Source of the DNA: Tubulanus polymorphus
Taxonomy: Eukaryota; Animalia; Nemertea
Assembly (NCBI RefSeq): GCF_964204645.1
Contig: NC_134030.1
Coordinates: forward strand, 16,988,110 to 17,052,109
Direction of reading: 5' to 3'
Length of the DNA: 64,000 nt
A program made the position numbers and the translations under genes. A model generated the notes under the pieces. It was not told the origin of the DNA, searched no databases, and saw nothing but the letters and a program-made list of their open reading frames with translations. Below, piece by piece: positions 1 through 15,600 of the stretch (position 1 is its first letter; every line of letters begins with the position of its first letter).

Positions 1-667
1 TTTTAAATCATGCGTAATGAATGCGATTAAGCAGTGAAAACTAATCATTACATCTACTCACGCATAAATACACCCTCACGCATAAATACACCATCAATGC
101 AGCGCCTGTAAGCCCCAGTACCCGTATGTACACCCATACACATGTTGATGCAGATAACAGCCTCCACTTCAAAAGTTACGAACAAAATATTAGAAATATA
201 TGTGATCCGATTTACACCAAATAAACCTTTAAAGTAAGGTATTTAGCATCAATTGTTGTACCCAAAATTCCAGATTGATACACTACAAGTTTTTCGAGAA
301 AGCGAATTTTTTATTGTAAACCAATGTTGATTGACACGCAGGCTCAGCTGTACGCCTTATTTTATCGATGACGTCAGATGTAAGCAATAACATTACCACA
401 GGTGCAATGCAAACAGTAAAAATATTGAATTTTTTTTTAACAAACTTCTCTAACGGAATATTTATTTCTTTTCATAATTTGTCTTTCTTTTATGTGATTA
501 AAGATTTATACTTCAGACTTAGCTTCTTCGAACCTCAGGACTTTGAAGTCCTATTGTCACAAATGCAAATTTAGCTTTACTAGCAACGCCCTTCTCATTC
601 TCGATGACCCCTTGGTAAAGCTGTGAAATATTTTTGACTCGTAATATAGTGTAAAGTTTTTATTCAG

Positions 668-3600
668 GAATTGATGAGCAGTAAGGAGCAGGCGACCAGT
701 GTAACAGTTCAATTACAGAATGTACGCACAGAAAATGAGTTACTGAAAAGTATTGAACAGCGTCTCTCCGAAGAGAAACAGACAATGATGAGGGAACACC
801 AGACGCAGAATATTCTACTCACAAATTTACAGACTATTCAGGTTTGCTATTCTTTTAGATTTTTTGGGTCGTGAATTTTTGGTCTATGAAGAGTGACTAT
901 TTGCTTTTCACAAAATTTTAAGTCCTGCCGATCTTGAAAGGGTTTAAAGGACAAAAGCTATATTGCATGAATAAAAATATTCAAGTAAAAATATTTGGCA
1001 TTCTGAAATTTATTTTTGGCGCACCAATGCTTATTTTGATGACTTGAACAGATTAACTAGTATTGCGTAATGTATAATAAACATCAGCCAACAGGTTGAT
1101 GCTGTTTGTGTCGGATGTATAAAAACGCCATCCAACATTGGGATATGGCTTTCAGCAGTGACCCTGTCTCTACATGGGTATCGTCTAGGGAACTTAAGCG
1201 CGTTGTGCTTGGTAATTGGTGCTTGGTTCACCTGCTGATAGTAGGCGATGATATGCCACTGAGCTCAGGAGCAGGAAAAAACATCTGTCCGTTTCAGGAG
1301 GTCTCTGACCTGGAAAACTTATAGCATCTTACAAACAGGGAAAACTCGGGAAATTTGACAAGTTTTATTAAAGACCTGGGAAATGGAATTTGGGTAATAT
1401 TTTTTATCATGTGTACATTTATCAATATGTGATTCATAAAAAAATGAATGAATTGTAACATTTAACCCTAGCTATTCCTTTTATTTACCTAGGAAAATTT
1501 ATGTCATTGTATGTATTGATTAACTCAGAAAGATGGGCGAAAAGAGGCCATACTGCTTGAATTAAAACATGGCAGTTGCGCATTTAAAAAAATTGAATGA
1601 ATTATGTTTGATTTTATTTTTGCAGAATAATTTAGAACGTCAAGAATTCGAAACGAAAACTCATAAGAATAAGCAAATTGAAACTCTCGAAAAAGAGGTC
1701 ATGATTTTGCGAAGAAAAGTTGCGACAACTGAAGGCAAGGAGGATGGCCTTGTCAAACAGTTAACGGTTAGTTAGATGATAATCTGAAATTCCTGCACGC
1801 TGAATATGAAAAATGAATTCCAAAATGTTTCCATGAGCTAATAGTTTATCCAAATATTTTGTCCTCTTCAGGAATACTGCGAATGTATAGTAAAGTTCTT
1901 TATAGAAAATCTGTCAGAATAAAAATGTCTGAAATGTTTTCTGGAGCTAATACAGTTCATTCCACGTTTCGACTATTCTAATACAGTCTACCCTCGCTAA
2001 ACCCAATTTTGGGACGAGGTATATTTTAGCGTATAATCGAGTTAGGCATATAACTGAATTCAACCTGATAGAAAAAATTAAAAACTCTAAGTTAGTTTAC
2101 ACATCCTTTTGTAAAATCATTGGCGAATAATGGCGGGAATATACTATGGAAAAAGCGATATTGGAACTAAGATTCCGTGGTGGCTAAAACAACTTTTGGT
2201 TGTCTTCTGAGTTTTGTTTTTTCGTTTTGCCTCTCAGGGTCAATTGGAAGTCGCACAAAAAAATTATAATGAGGAACGAGAGAAATATATCAAAATTCGA
2301 GATGAATTGTCGGATTCTTATGCGCAACTTCACATCGTCAAACAAGAGGTAAGAGAGAAAAACCACGATTGTAGGGTAGGGGAAATCACCTGAATTAGCA
2401 AAGCTGCCAACCCTCCTCCTGCCAATTTCATTGTTTATCCTGCTGTCCAGGGAAGCATTAAATGTCATGGATTTTTAAACAATTAGCTTTTGTAACGGAA
2501 AATGACATGGTTTCTATCAATTTCTATGTTTTCAATTGAAAGTTGGCTCTTTTTGGCTTGCAGTTAGGGGGATAAGTAATCAATATATTACATTGCGAGT
2601 GTACATAATAAGGCAAGGGTTCACTGTGGCACTAGCAGTCAGTACTCTAGGCATGATATAATATGGCAAGTGATCACTGTGGAGCTAGGAGTCAGTACTA
2701 AATTTTCCCATGCATTGAGTTAGATTTCCTGTCCGAAACTTTTATTCATGATGCAGCTCTCTTCACCTGGGCACAAGATAAGTGCTTGATTTTAAGTTAA
2801 AAGCTAAAATGCTGAAATTTTTGGATGTCCCTGATAATCGATGGCTGTCCCAAAAATGGGGATATCTGTCCCTCAAAACAATTTTCAGGGGTTGGCAGCT
2901 CTGAATTAGTATTCATTTATTCGTGCCATCATTGCCACTAACTACGAGTTATCTCGTTATGGGTCAGCAGTGTCTCGATAAACCCCTATAAAAGTTGTTT
3001 CGATTGTTTTTGAATGGATAAAGGGAGGATATATTGTCGTGAAAAGGTTTTTCTTGTCGGGCAAATGTCTTGAAAGTGCTTCTCAAAATGGCCTTGAATT
3101 TTGGATGGCCTTGATGCTATGAACCCTGATGATTGCCACTACCAGTTACCGTATTTTCCGGCTAATAAGCCGATTTTCTAGCCTAAGACTTTAACCCCAA
3201 AATATCATGATCGGCTTATTGAACGGATACAATCTGACCTAAATAAGTTCTTTCTGAACTATGTCACTCTAATGCTCCTGAAGATCATCACAATCAATAA
3301 GAGTGTTCCATATTTATTTGAGGTCATTATTTACTACCAATAATTTACTACCATTATTTACTACCAATAATAATAACTATTTTGTTACTTTGTTTCTTTC
3401 ATCATGCCGCGTGATTAGTACATTTGTATATACGCGCATCAGCTGTCAGCTGCGCGCGTGTACGAATATTGGTTACAAAATATTGTTCTGTTCGTTAGTA
3501 ATTACCTGAGCGAGTCTATATATAGTAGAGGGACTCAGCAATGATCGTACTCTCACAGCACTCTCACACATTGGCAGGCGTGTATTGTCAGCCTTATACA

Positions 3601-6600
3601 TCGTCAATTAAGACCAAACTAATTGACAAATCAGTGAATTAAAATCTCCTGATGAAGGGCCTCGGCTTATTGGGCGAAGCATTAAGAAATCCTTGTATTT
3701 AAGGTTAAAAAACTGCCCTCGGCTTATTGGCGGAGTCGGCTTAATCGCCGGAAAATACGGTATCTCATAGTTCCGGTTTAGCCATCATATCTCACAGTTC
3801 CAGTTATTCCATCATTGCCACTGGAAGTTATCTTATAGTCACATTTCCACCACCATTGCTACTACAAGATTATTTCTTAATCATGGTTCTCCCATCATTG
3901 CCACCATTATGAGTTATTTCAATTATTGGAGTTATGGATATCGAGAAAATTTGATTTCTTCAAAAAAAAATTAAGTGTCTTTCTTTCCAACGCCTAGTGC
4001 ACTGATCTGAGAGCAAAATTGGAGGCGGCTGAAAACCGTTTGAAAAACATGGCCAAAACTTCAACAACCTCCGTGTGGAAATCACATTTGACAACCTCTG
4101 CAACGACCTCAGCAGATGGAGATACGACTAGTCGAACGGATGATTTGTCTGATGTCGTGAAAGACTTGAAAGCACAACTCGGCCAATCATCACTTGAGGT
4201 TAAAAGTAAGTCTTGTGTGAAATTTTTCGACAGAAATCATCTAGACATTTTCTTTCTATGAGATAAAGTGCCAGGGCCAGTTGTTCAAAAGTTTGTTAGA
4301 GTTAACCGGTGGATAGTTGACATAGTGACAATTAAAAGATCTTTGTTACTATGATGTTTATGATGAATATCATAGTAACACATTATCCACCAGTTATCTT
4401 GAACAATCTTTCGAGCAACTGCAGCTCTGAGCTGTGCGAAGGCTGAAATGATTTTGATTTTTGATTCGTTGTTGTAGGTTTGAAGGAACAGTTAGAACAA
4501 TCTAAACGACATGCAAGTCAATATAAGGGAATCGCTGACAGTATAGAGCAGAAACTAAAAGAACAGAATGAGGTAGTGTATCTCAACTCCTTAACTTCTG
4601 TCCATTCAACTGACCCCTGAATGATACCAGTTCCACAGTTATGGGTTTGAGTTAACTGTTAAGCGTAAGTTTAAGTCAGTTCATTTTTAGTGCATTAACT
4701 CTTGAGTCAAATCTTAACTCGTTCTGTGGAAGTGAGTCAAATTGCATGAAAAAGTATTTTAAGTCAACTTTTTCCCCTATTTCCAGTCTCTGATGCTTAA
4801 AGAGTCAATTTAATTTGTCTATTTCGTTAGCTTTAGTTGTCGCAAGAACACATGTCCTAATTATGTTCGTGCTTCTCATACATGTCACTGAGGCCGCTGC
4901 CATGTGGTGTATATATCTATTCACTATTGCTAGCTACGTACATGTATATGAGCGTAGCCCGCATGTGGCCTCATTTAAGTTTTCCAAGAAACTGCAAATG
5001 ATTCTAGCCACTCCTCACATGACAAGACTGCTGGTATAGGCAATGGTAACCACTGAACTGCAGGCGTGAATATGTTTGATCTTTAAAATAATGAGTATGA
5101 AATCTTGATGAATTATAAGGGCTTAGACTAGCCTAGGCCCTATAGGTACAGCTAGCAGTTGGCCTTAAGGTTCAGTTTATGAACAGCTTCAAAACACACA
5201 TGTTCGATCATGGATTGGATGTGAAGCTTATTCCCCAGAGATTGCATGGTCAACTTAATCGGCCTATGTCATGTGTATTTCCTTCAGGATACATTACGTG
5301 GGGCACATTTTAGAAGCTACCTTTGTTTGGGAACTATACCGCTAAACATTTTTTGGAGTACCCCCTACCGTATGGTGGCGCCGCCACGAGCGACTTGACT
5401 CCAAGCGCCGCCATATTTGGTGGGGTTTTTAGCCCACTTGGGACTTTAGTCCCAGCGGGCTATTGCGTTCACTTATCGTACGTCCGTCCGTCCGTCCGTT
5501 CGTTCGTCCGCTTTTGTACGTTCGTCCTTTTGAAGACGCTTCAAGGTAACGTCTTGATATTTGGGTTACACGTGTATCTATCCTAGACACATCTTCAGCC
5601 CAAAAACTGGCCCTGTCAGAATCAAGATGGCTGACTGGCAGCCATTGTTGTTCGCCAAAATCCGCACTTTTTACACATTTTTGAACTTTTTGAGGGAAAT
5701 TTTGAAGACGCTTCGATCAATTACCTTGATCTTTCGGATATATATGAATCCCCCCAGGGCGCATCACCATAAGAAAAATTGGGTCGATCGGACTCAAGAT
5801 GGCCGTCCTATGACCTTTTTAGTGCCCAAAAATGTTAATTTTTGCCCGAATTCTGAGTCCTGTAGCTTCCTACTGGTTTACCATTTCTCATTGCAATTTG
5901 TGATGGGTATTCTTTGGAAAGGGATGTTTTATACCTCAGACAGGTATTTTTCATCAGCCAATTATGACCCAATTGGCGGCCATCTTGGTGTCACCAGTAC
6001 TCATTCGTAAGTGGGAAAAAGTTTTTCCACATTATATTGATACCTAAGCGTATTTTGCTACCACAATCAATTAGAAAGTTGTAGCTCATAACGTGATCTA
6101 TGATTGTGGTGAGTTTCAAGGTAATTGGATTTCGTATATGGCCACCAGGGGGCGTTGAATAATACAATATCGTAGCATTTCTTTATTATATTCGTACCTA
6201 TGCATATTTTGTAACCACAATCAATTGGAAAGTTGTAGCTCATGACATCATCTATGATTGTTGTGAGTTTTAAGGACATTAGTTTTTCTATATGGTCACC
6301 AGGGGGCGTTGAATAGTAGAATAACTTAGTATTTCCTTATTATGTTGGTACCTAGGCATATTTTGTTACCATGATCAATTGCAAAGTTGTAGTTCATGAC
6401 ATGTTCTATGATTGTGGTGAGTTTCGAGGTCATTGGGTTTTGAATATGGTCACCAGGGGGCGTTGAATAGTAGAATGACTTAGTATTTCCATATTAAATT
6501 GGTAACGAGGCATATTTTGTTATCACAATCAATTACAAAATTGTAGCTGCTGACATGTTCTAGGATTTTGGTGAGTTTCAAGGTCGTTGGTTTTTGTAAA

Positions 6601-9600
6601 TGGTCACCAGGGGGCGTTGAATATTAAAATTGTTAGATTGTTGAGCATTTGAAACCATTTCCCAAGTGGGCATGGTGTCCCTGGACCCCTAGTTTTGGGA
6701 GCTGCCGCTTAGAATGTTATTTTTACACGTGGTTGGAAGCCATCTGGTTTATATTATTGGTCAGGACAGAGCTATTCAGCCGTTTTCATCAGTGAGTTCG
6801 TTCCATTTTGAATTCTTTTACTGATACACCAATAAACTCGATCATAAATTGTCACGGCCGGAGCACTCCGTTTCCGGATCCCGGCCACGCTTTCTGTTCG
6901 TCACAAATCGGTGACTTCTTGGGCGAGTAAACCACAATCCACGTTAAATTTTATTGCATTCGCACGTTCTATTATTTGCTTGCCTTTCAGCTTTTGGCGC
7001 TTGACTGGCCTAAGTGTCTGATTTGGTACCGTAAGCGGGTACCGGGCCAGTTATATTCAAATGACCTTTATTGTAGGTAACAAAACGTCATTGACTTAAT
7101 TATGTCGGAATCTAGTCCTAGAAATAGAAAACCCCATTAGCAGGTGCATGATATCTCTGGTACCTCTTCCCCTACTGGCACGGCATGACCTCCGGTAGGG
7201 GTGCAGGCCAGCATTCTCTCACAGGAGCCCTCGGTTGTAAGTTCCGTGCGGCAATCCTGCAACAAGAGGGCTCAAAGTCGGCGGCCGCTCGACACACAGA
7301 GCGGCAGGCGACCTAGGCTGTAAAGAGTTCGGCGGCGCCAGCCCCCAGCGGCCGGAGTTGGTTGGCCCTCCTGGCCGCCTTCGCGAAGAGCGAAGCGAAA
7401 AGTCGTTGAGCATCGGGTTTCGGCTGACCGGCTCCCGTTACTCAAGTTACGACAGTGGCCCAAGAGGCCACTAAAACCCAGCTAATCGGTTCTTGAATCT
7501 GTTCTGTTTTAGCCGTGGTTAATCAGCCGGGTCAAGTTTGGCCTGGTTCCATTTTGGAACCAGCTCCAGGTATCAGTCCGACCGAAGACAGGTCAGGATA
7601 GCCGAGGCAGCCAAGAAGCAAGCTGCTTTAGGGCTTAATAGATTTATCCTGTTTCAGCAAAATTATTTATATTTTATTTTAAGTAATAAGCTCTACCGGT
7701 TAATGTCAGATGCTGAGACGGTAAGAGCTTGGCTACCGGTACCTCTTCCCCTTCCAGCGCGATTCGACCTCTGGGAAGGGTGCAGTCCGGCGTTTTTTGC
7801 TAGGGGACATCCGACCGAAAGGTCACTGCACTGTCCCATGTGAGGTCACGGTTATTCGTCGGACCCGCCAACAACCCCGGCACTCCTGTCTTTAGCATCA
7901 GCTGAGTCCGATAACCACAGACCACCGTACCTCCTCCCCTTCCAGCACGGTTTGATCTCTGGAAAGGGTACAGGCTGGCGTTTTGTCACGGGTCCTCGCC
8001 CCAGAGGTCATTGCAGCTGTCCCGTGTTGGGTCAGAGAATCTCAGAGTCGTCAGGCTAGCCAACTGCCTGGCATTCCTGTCTCTGTAAACCTCTAGCATC
8101 GGCTGAGTCCGATAAACTACAGACCGAACCGGTGTTCAACCCACGCTGTGTTCATTCTTGGTAAATAAGCCGGATCCAGTGCGGCTCGGTGGCGCATTTG
8201 CCCTGGAGGCCTTTCAGTCAGGAGTCGCTCGGTGCACAGAGCGGCGCGACTTAGGCTGGGAAATTTCGGCATCTGGAGTCAGCCGTCGCGTTGAGTGTAG
8301 CGTATTACTGACTCCCAGGTCTCGGTCTGACCAGCACGGGTCCAGTCAGAAGATGGCTGACCCGCCCATTTCGTCCCAACTCGTAAGGATTTGGGGTTTC
8401 AGGCCGGACCAGCCTTCATGGTTCATGACTCCAAGATCTAGACAATTACCCTTGGAGTTGGGGACTGTCATTCGTTTGGTTTCAGGGTGACATCGCTTCC
8501 ATTTCCCGCATAGTGCGTACGAACGAAGGAACGTTGTTGAATGAATGTAGAAAGTCAGGGGTGATGACTGCCCGTACACCGGTAGTGGTCGTCTGACTGT
8601 CCAGTCATTCGGGTTCAGTCGCCACTTCACTGCACATTTTGTGCCGGTGGATGGGCTCATCGTTCCCTCATACAAGGGGTTCTCGGGAAGCTCCACTGTG
8701 CTCAACCTCATAAGTCCATGGATCGGACGGAGTGCATAGCTTCATACGAGTTCTCTGCTGAGTTCTCACTCCCTTCACGAGTCCTCTGCTGTGGCATCCA
8801 GTGGCCTCGTATCGACTAACTCTTGTGGGGCCGGGAGCGCCCAACTGAGTTTATTTAACCCCGCCTGGTTCTGGGCTTTTCGGGTTAGAGACTGCTTACG
8901 TTTTCTTGCCCGAATGCTTAGGTTGGTCGACGCATCTGTTAAACCGATTGTCAGGTTTTCTACCGTGTAGTGCATCAAGTTGCCTAGGGCGGGGAGCCTT
9001 TTCCTGGGCTTTCCCAAAACATTACTTTTAGATTGGTAATGTCCAGGAAATGACACTCATTAGAGAACTGAATTTTCAGTCCCTCCTACATATGGAATGT
9101 CTGACTTGCGGTGTGTTCCAGCGTTCATGGATTGGAATCCAGTCGCTGGAGAGGTCGGCCTCATATTATTTGTCTCGTCGTCAAGGCTCACGTTAATATA
9201 TTAGCGGCAAGACCTTCTAGATTGATGGATTCGGTTCTAAACTCCCGGAGCTGATCCAGAATTCGCTGTTCCGGGTTCTGCTTGGGTCACACTACTCTTC
9301 TTTTCTGATTGGTGCGCCCCAAGGGCGGAACAATATCCGAACATTAAATGGTCCATTAGGCTTTCTGAAAGCCGTGGTCGCAGACTTTGTTCTTTACGGA
9401 CACTCGTGGACGAGCAGCCAAGGTTAAGGCAAGTGGTTGATGACAATGATAGAGGCACATTCTCTCACCCTAACCCTTTTGTATGGTGCTAACTTGAGCC
9501 CACAGAGTAGCCATGTGAGTAAGGGCTTTCGTCTCCAGTTCGCTTGTGTCTCGCCATTTGAGACATCCTCTGGGCATAAGACCCTCTCCTGCAACGGGAT

Positions 9601-12600
9601 TTGCTGGGAGGTAGTGCAGGCTCTACCCCTGGCCAATTGGGTGGCGTCGATCGCCTTGATATGGGCATAGTGTTTGACCATCCAGGGTCGAGGTAACTAC
9701 CCCACCCAAGCCAGGGTAGTCGGCTCTGAAAAGTGATATCCAGGCTGTCGTGCATCACTCGTTATGGGGCAGTACTGGTCTTGGGTCCTCATTCTTGATG
9801 ATCCCAGCGGTGCACCTTCACAGCAGGCCATTTCAGAGATTTTGGAGGGCCGGCTGGCACTGATCGACAAGGGGTTGGGATGTTCTACAGCAACCCCTTC
9901 CCTGGCCGTTCCTCTTGGGAGTCTGATATACAGACATGTATGGTTAGCCATCAATAGCCAGTCTGGTCCTGTTTTCGGAATCTAGGAGTCACTCGGTCAA
10001 TTATTCTCTCTGATCATACAACAGATATTCTCCCCTGATGCAAGTTCGAAGGAATTCATATCTCTGTATTTAAACTAGCAGGCATGAAGGATATCAGGGC
10101 CGCTCTTCAGCCCTCAGGCCTTGGCCATCCCTAAGGAATTAATTGTCTCTTCCACGGAGGTGTCAATCCGAGGTTTTCCCGCTGTCTGTGTCCCCGTTCC
10201 GACCAGATGGCGTGGAAGATAAGACGATTTTGTTCTGCTGAGATGGAATCCTAGCGTACATTTAACCCCAGCCAAGTGGTGACAGCAGCCCTCGGCCAGC
10301 TAGAGCCAGCGTTGTCCTGCCAGATAGTTTTGATTACACCTCTGGGGCCTGCTCAGGCATGAAGGGTTGGTTTCTCAGATTTCTGGGCACGTCTTCCGGT
10401 GTGGGCCTTCATTCCCTCCCTTCTGTCACAGAGGGGTTTTCTGTAGGCACCTGGCACTTACATTGCTCAACCGACTATTGAGTCGACCTTGGATGAGCGT
10501 CTCCTACGAGTGCAGGGTTTTCAGTCAGGGGTTTTCCCCTTTATCACTAAATCCAGTGCCCTAGCACAGGCAGGATTTAAGTTTTCACGTGGAAGCTCTA
10601 AGCCGGTTCGTGTGGTCAACTAGTGAACAATCCGTGCACCCTCACTGGCACCTCGCTCGCTGAATTCTTTTCCTCTTCCCTTGAGGTTTAGAGTCACTCT
10701 TACCTTCCGTAGGTGGAAAGTTATGGATTTATTTGAGTATACTTTAGATATCATATAAATTTTAATCACTGCAGTTTTATGATTTTGTCTTAACTCCATT
10801 ACGTTAACTCACATCTAACCAACGGTTTTTATTGGTGATTAGATGTAAGAGAGTCAGTTCAGTCTCACAGTGATTTGATTCAGAACTGTTATCATTCTTC
10901 CAGTATCGGAGGGATGTGTATATATGACATAATTTGTCCACTCAGGGCGTGCAGATTGATAGCTGTCTGCCACTTGTTGTTCGCTTTACGTACAATCTGG
11001 CTCTGGTCCTAGCTAGACCATGTGTACATACTTTATAGATGGCTTCTCACCTTAACGGTTACCAGCCGCAATCGCCTATGCTTTTAGGGCGACAGGTAGT
11101 CTGAACCTGTTATCGAAGCACCATATTCTCCAACCAGTAGCGCTTTTTTTCGGTTGCTCGACTGGAGGTGCCTCGGGAAGTCCCTGAATGGGACTTGTCG
11201 TGGTGGTGCTATCTCGTCACCCATCCGTATCGCCCCTCTTCAAGAGTCTCATTAAGCAGGAGTTTTCCTTCTCTTCTATGTCAGCCTAGGAGGTCAGAAA
11301 TCCATGCTTTGGCTAACCAGCCTGGTCTGATCGTTTCAGTCCCTGTTCTTTTATTACTCTCCGCCCTACCTCAACTTAATCGCCAGAAATCGGCAGCCGG
11401 GATTGGTTGAGTGTGGAGGAGGAGGCGCTGAACCATAGGGTCCATTCAACTCCCTGGACAGGCTAGTTTTCTGGCCCGGGGGTTGAGTTATTAATTGCGT
11501 CAGAAAATCTCATCTTGGGGGAGAGATCTGTTGTTCATATCTCTGAAGGAGCATTCATCGACAGCGCCACTCGTTGATTGTCTGATTTCATTTGAGTGGT
11601 CTTTTTTCGTCGATAGGTCCGATCCTACTCACGTGGTTCGTCTAGTCGTTAAGTGTTTTCTATGGCTGCTTCGTGGGTGGTTTTTCGGGCGCTTCTATTG
11701 AAGATTTTGTGGAGGAGCTCCTTGGGCAGTGGGAACCCCTTCGCTTTCCCATATTGAAAGATATTTAGGTCTACTGTGTATTTTACCAGCGATAGGCCCA
11801 AGTACATTATGAAAACTCACTATTTTTAGATTTTAGGTATTTGAAGTTTTGGAATCTAAATATAGAATTAGAAGTTTAAGACAACGCTTCGATCTGTCCC
11901 TAGAGATTTTCGTCAGGTGTGGCTCAGTTTTTATAACCCAGGCGCTCGAAATTTTGTTTCGGGGTTTGTTCCTCATTCTGTGTTTCAGTCTTTATCTCCG
12001 ATGGATCTTTTTGATCCAGATCACGAGGTCGGACAGTTAATTTGAGGTTATTTGTGATTTTCCCTGCTCTTTATCGGCATCTCAGGGTCAGGTCCTCGGC
12101 CGGTGAGCGGCTGTGCGAGAGTGTTTGTCAATCGGAACTCGTCCGGGAGACTCACTCTCTCAGTGCGGCAAATATTATCGACGTGATTTTCATGTTTTGT
12201 TTTATCCGTTTATGAATATATATCCTGATATGTATATATATGTGTATGTTTATATGTGTATGTGTGCATATGTATATGTATGTTTATATATGTTTAAGAT
12301 ATAGTCAGTGCGCTCCAGCCAGGTTTCTAGTTCTTAATCCTCGGGCTGGTGTCAGATGTCTAATCTTTACCGGGCATCTTTGCCTTTGTAGCCCGGGTTT
12401 AGCTCGGGTTTTTTTGTCCTCGTGTTATTTGCTGGGTGAATTTTTACGTTTGTTGAACGTGCTTTTAAGGCTTTTGCCTTTACACATTTTTTGGGAGCCT
12501 TACCTGCCGCCTGGTGCTTGGCTAATCCTTCTAAAATGTGCCCCACACAATATGTCCTGAAGGAAATATCATAATTTTCCGAAGTAAAATTTGTATTTCT

Positions 12601-15600
12601 GAGGGATACCTACGTGGGGCACAGGATATTCCCGCCCGCCTTCCCCGCTCGGCTCTTTGCGCAGAGTTTCGGAAGAAATTGAGTCACGTGGCTCGTGGTG
12701 GCGCCACCGTACGGTACGGGGTACTCCAAAAATGTTAAGCGGTATAGTTCCCAAACTAAGGTAACTTCTAAAATGTGCCCCATGTAAGTATCCCTCAGAA
12801 ATACAAATTTTACTCTGGAAAATCTTGATTTTTGGCAATTGTACCGAGAGCAGACTGTATCCAGTGGTCATGGTAAATATACTGACATTTAATTTTGATG
12901 GATTAAACATACACCATCATGTTAATTTGGGGAAGTCTATACTAAGAATTTAGTTTTTCGTTTTTTCAGACAAGTAAGTCATTTAAAGATGCACTCGAAT
13001 CTCAAATGAATCATCTAAAAACAGGTAAATCTCACAGCTCTATTTCCCATTTCTTATTCAACTCTTCTAAGCTGATTCTTGATACTAATCTTTTAATTTT
13101 CTGCCGCGGTAGAACATGAAAAGAGGGTAAGAGAGGTTGAATCACTCGATAAAGAACGACAAGATTTGATGAACGAAAACATTCGAGTCACCGAGGAATG
13201 TCATAAAATGGTAAAAATCTTGACTTTCACGGACCATTAACGATCTAATTTGTTTTCTTTAATGTTAAGTCGGATTTAACATTTTGGGATTCGATGGCAT
13301 AGCGTTTTTGATAGGTTGAGGCAAGAAATTTTGATTGTCTTATTAATTTTAATGTATATTTAACAGAACGCCGATTTGCGTAAACAGTTGGCTAACTTAC
13401 AGTCAGAGTTAGAAGGAGCTATGAAGGCTCGGGAAGACGCGTTGGAGAAGGAACGGGCAGCCCGTGCTGACTGTCAAGCTCAAGTTGCCGTCGCCCATGA
13501 GGCACAATCGAAATATGAACGAGAATTGATGCTACACGCGGCAGATGTCGAGGCTCTTGTTGCCGTCAAAAAGGAGGTAATTCATCAAAGCAACTCTGAC
13601 AGGGTGACCACTTACCTGGGAATCGAGATATGTCGGGAATTTTCTTTTCTTTCAAAAGTCGGAATAGAGAATTTGGTTTAAAAAAAAACAAGAAAGCTAA
13701 AAATCGGGGAGAAGTGGCCACCCTGTCTAAATTTTTTATCGCTCAAAGCATGGTTCTTGCAGTAAATGGGAAAAACTCGGGAGTGTTGAATGGGGCAGAG
13801 TATGAGAAGGCTTTATGCTAGGTTGAGACTAAGTTAACTGTTGAAGGTTGAATGAAGCTAGAGTTGATTGTGGGATCTGAAATATAGAAGGATAAATTTG
13901 TTTTTTCAGCTGGAAGGATTCGAAGCCAGGCTCGAGATGCATCAAGATTCCGAGGATAAACTTGCAACAGAGCTCGACGTTAAAGAGGTTTGAATTTTTA
14001 TTATTTTTTTTTTCACTGAAATAAAAATATTCATAACATTGGAACTGCATTCTTAGTTGTCATTGGCTCATCGGCTGTAGTGCTCTGACCAATCAGAGAG
14101 CCATCGGCTGTAGTGCTCTGACCAATCAGAGAGTAGGTATTTTCTCCTTTCAATCTCATTTATTTTTTCACTGATGTTTTCAGAAATCGTGGAACGAGCA
14201 AAGGCAAATTTTAACTGAAGATCGCGCTTCTTTGGAAACTAGAGTGAAAGAATTGACAACTCAAAACGATCTGCTCCATCAACAGATGAACAAGGTACGT
14301 TTAAAACACTCAATTTGAGGTCGAATTTTATCAGTCTCAACTCAACCATTGTGAGAGACTGAGTCTACTGTATTTCACAAACTCTTACTCAGTATTTGAT
14401 ACCAACTCGGGGCAGATTTTACCAGTTGCAACTTGACCACTGTTAGAGACAAGAGTACTATATTTCACAAACTGTTGCACAGTATTTGACACCAACTCTG
14501 GGTAGAATTTTACCAGTCTCTACTTTGCCACAATAAAATGAAGTCTACTGTACTTCACAAACTCTTACTTAGTATTTGGACCCACAAGTCTGGTTAGACC
14601 CTACAACCCCAAGTTCACCCCAGCGAGTAAGCGACAGAGTTTCTAGTTTATTTTCTTATTTAGCTAAGTGAGCAAACAATTGCGATTCAGCAGGAGAAAC
14701 AGGGAACCTCATCAGCGAATCTAAATATTTCGTTATCCGAAGACAAAGACAAAAGCAATGAACAGTTACTTGAAGTTATTAAGTAAGTTTAATGCCCGTG
14801 CAAGGCACTGGAACTGCTACCATGGTAAGCAAGAATCCACCAGGTGTCGCTAGTGATTATTCCGTTACCTTGCTTATATTTCCTCTTCATTTCAATGAGA
14901 TACCGGCACTCACCAGATGGCACAATAAAACACTGCTGGTTGTAGTAAAAATCAGTACGTTCTCAGTGAAACCTGACCTTGATTTTTAGGATCAACTTTA
15001 GGATCAACATCATTAACCACTTGATATACACAGCTTATATTTTGTCATTAGAAGGGAAATACGGGCTGAAATAACATGGAAGTTTGATCCATCGGCGCTA
15101 CCCTACTTAGAGGTACTAGGAGAAAATGTGCTTCAAAAGTTTCATGGAATTTTTCCCCATTCCACTAATTGATACTAAACTTTGTTTCTTGAGTATGATA
15201 TCACAGGGAAAGCCCTTCAGGGTTCAAGTTCAATGTCGGATGCTAAAGGGCTTTCCCAGTGATGTCATACCCAAGAAACAAGGTTTAGTATCGACATCAT
15301 TATCAACAACATACATATAGAACAGAGTATTAAATAATTCTGACATATACTTGTGAGTCATGGGGAAAACCCATTACCATGCACATTATTGAAGTTGAAC
15401 ATGCTTACTACACAGTGCACCAAGATTTCATCTTTATACCTTATTGCAAATCGAGAACAAATCGATTTTTTGCTCAATAGTAAAATGTTCTCAGTTATTT
15501 TCCTGGACCCATAGTCCTCCGAATATTATCAAACAGGTCTCAAATAGATATTAGATTCACTTTCTCACTTAGTGTATGGTATACTGAAAATTGATTTGTA

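Noticed and set aside
3645-3670. CTGATGA resembling a hammerhead core
   Set aside because: No stem II or GAAA core follows; it lies inside a Tc2-like MITE.
5323-6279. ORFs within the HINE and DIRS ITR
   Set aside because: Chance frames in non-coding repeats; not conserved in the sister copy at 43829-45314.
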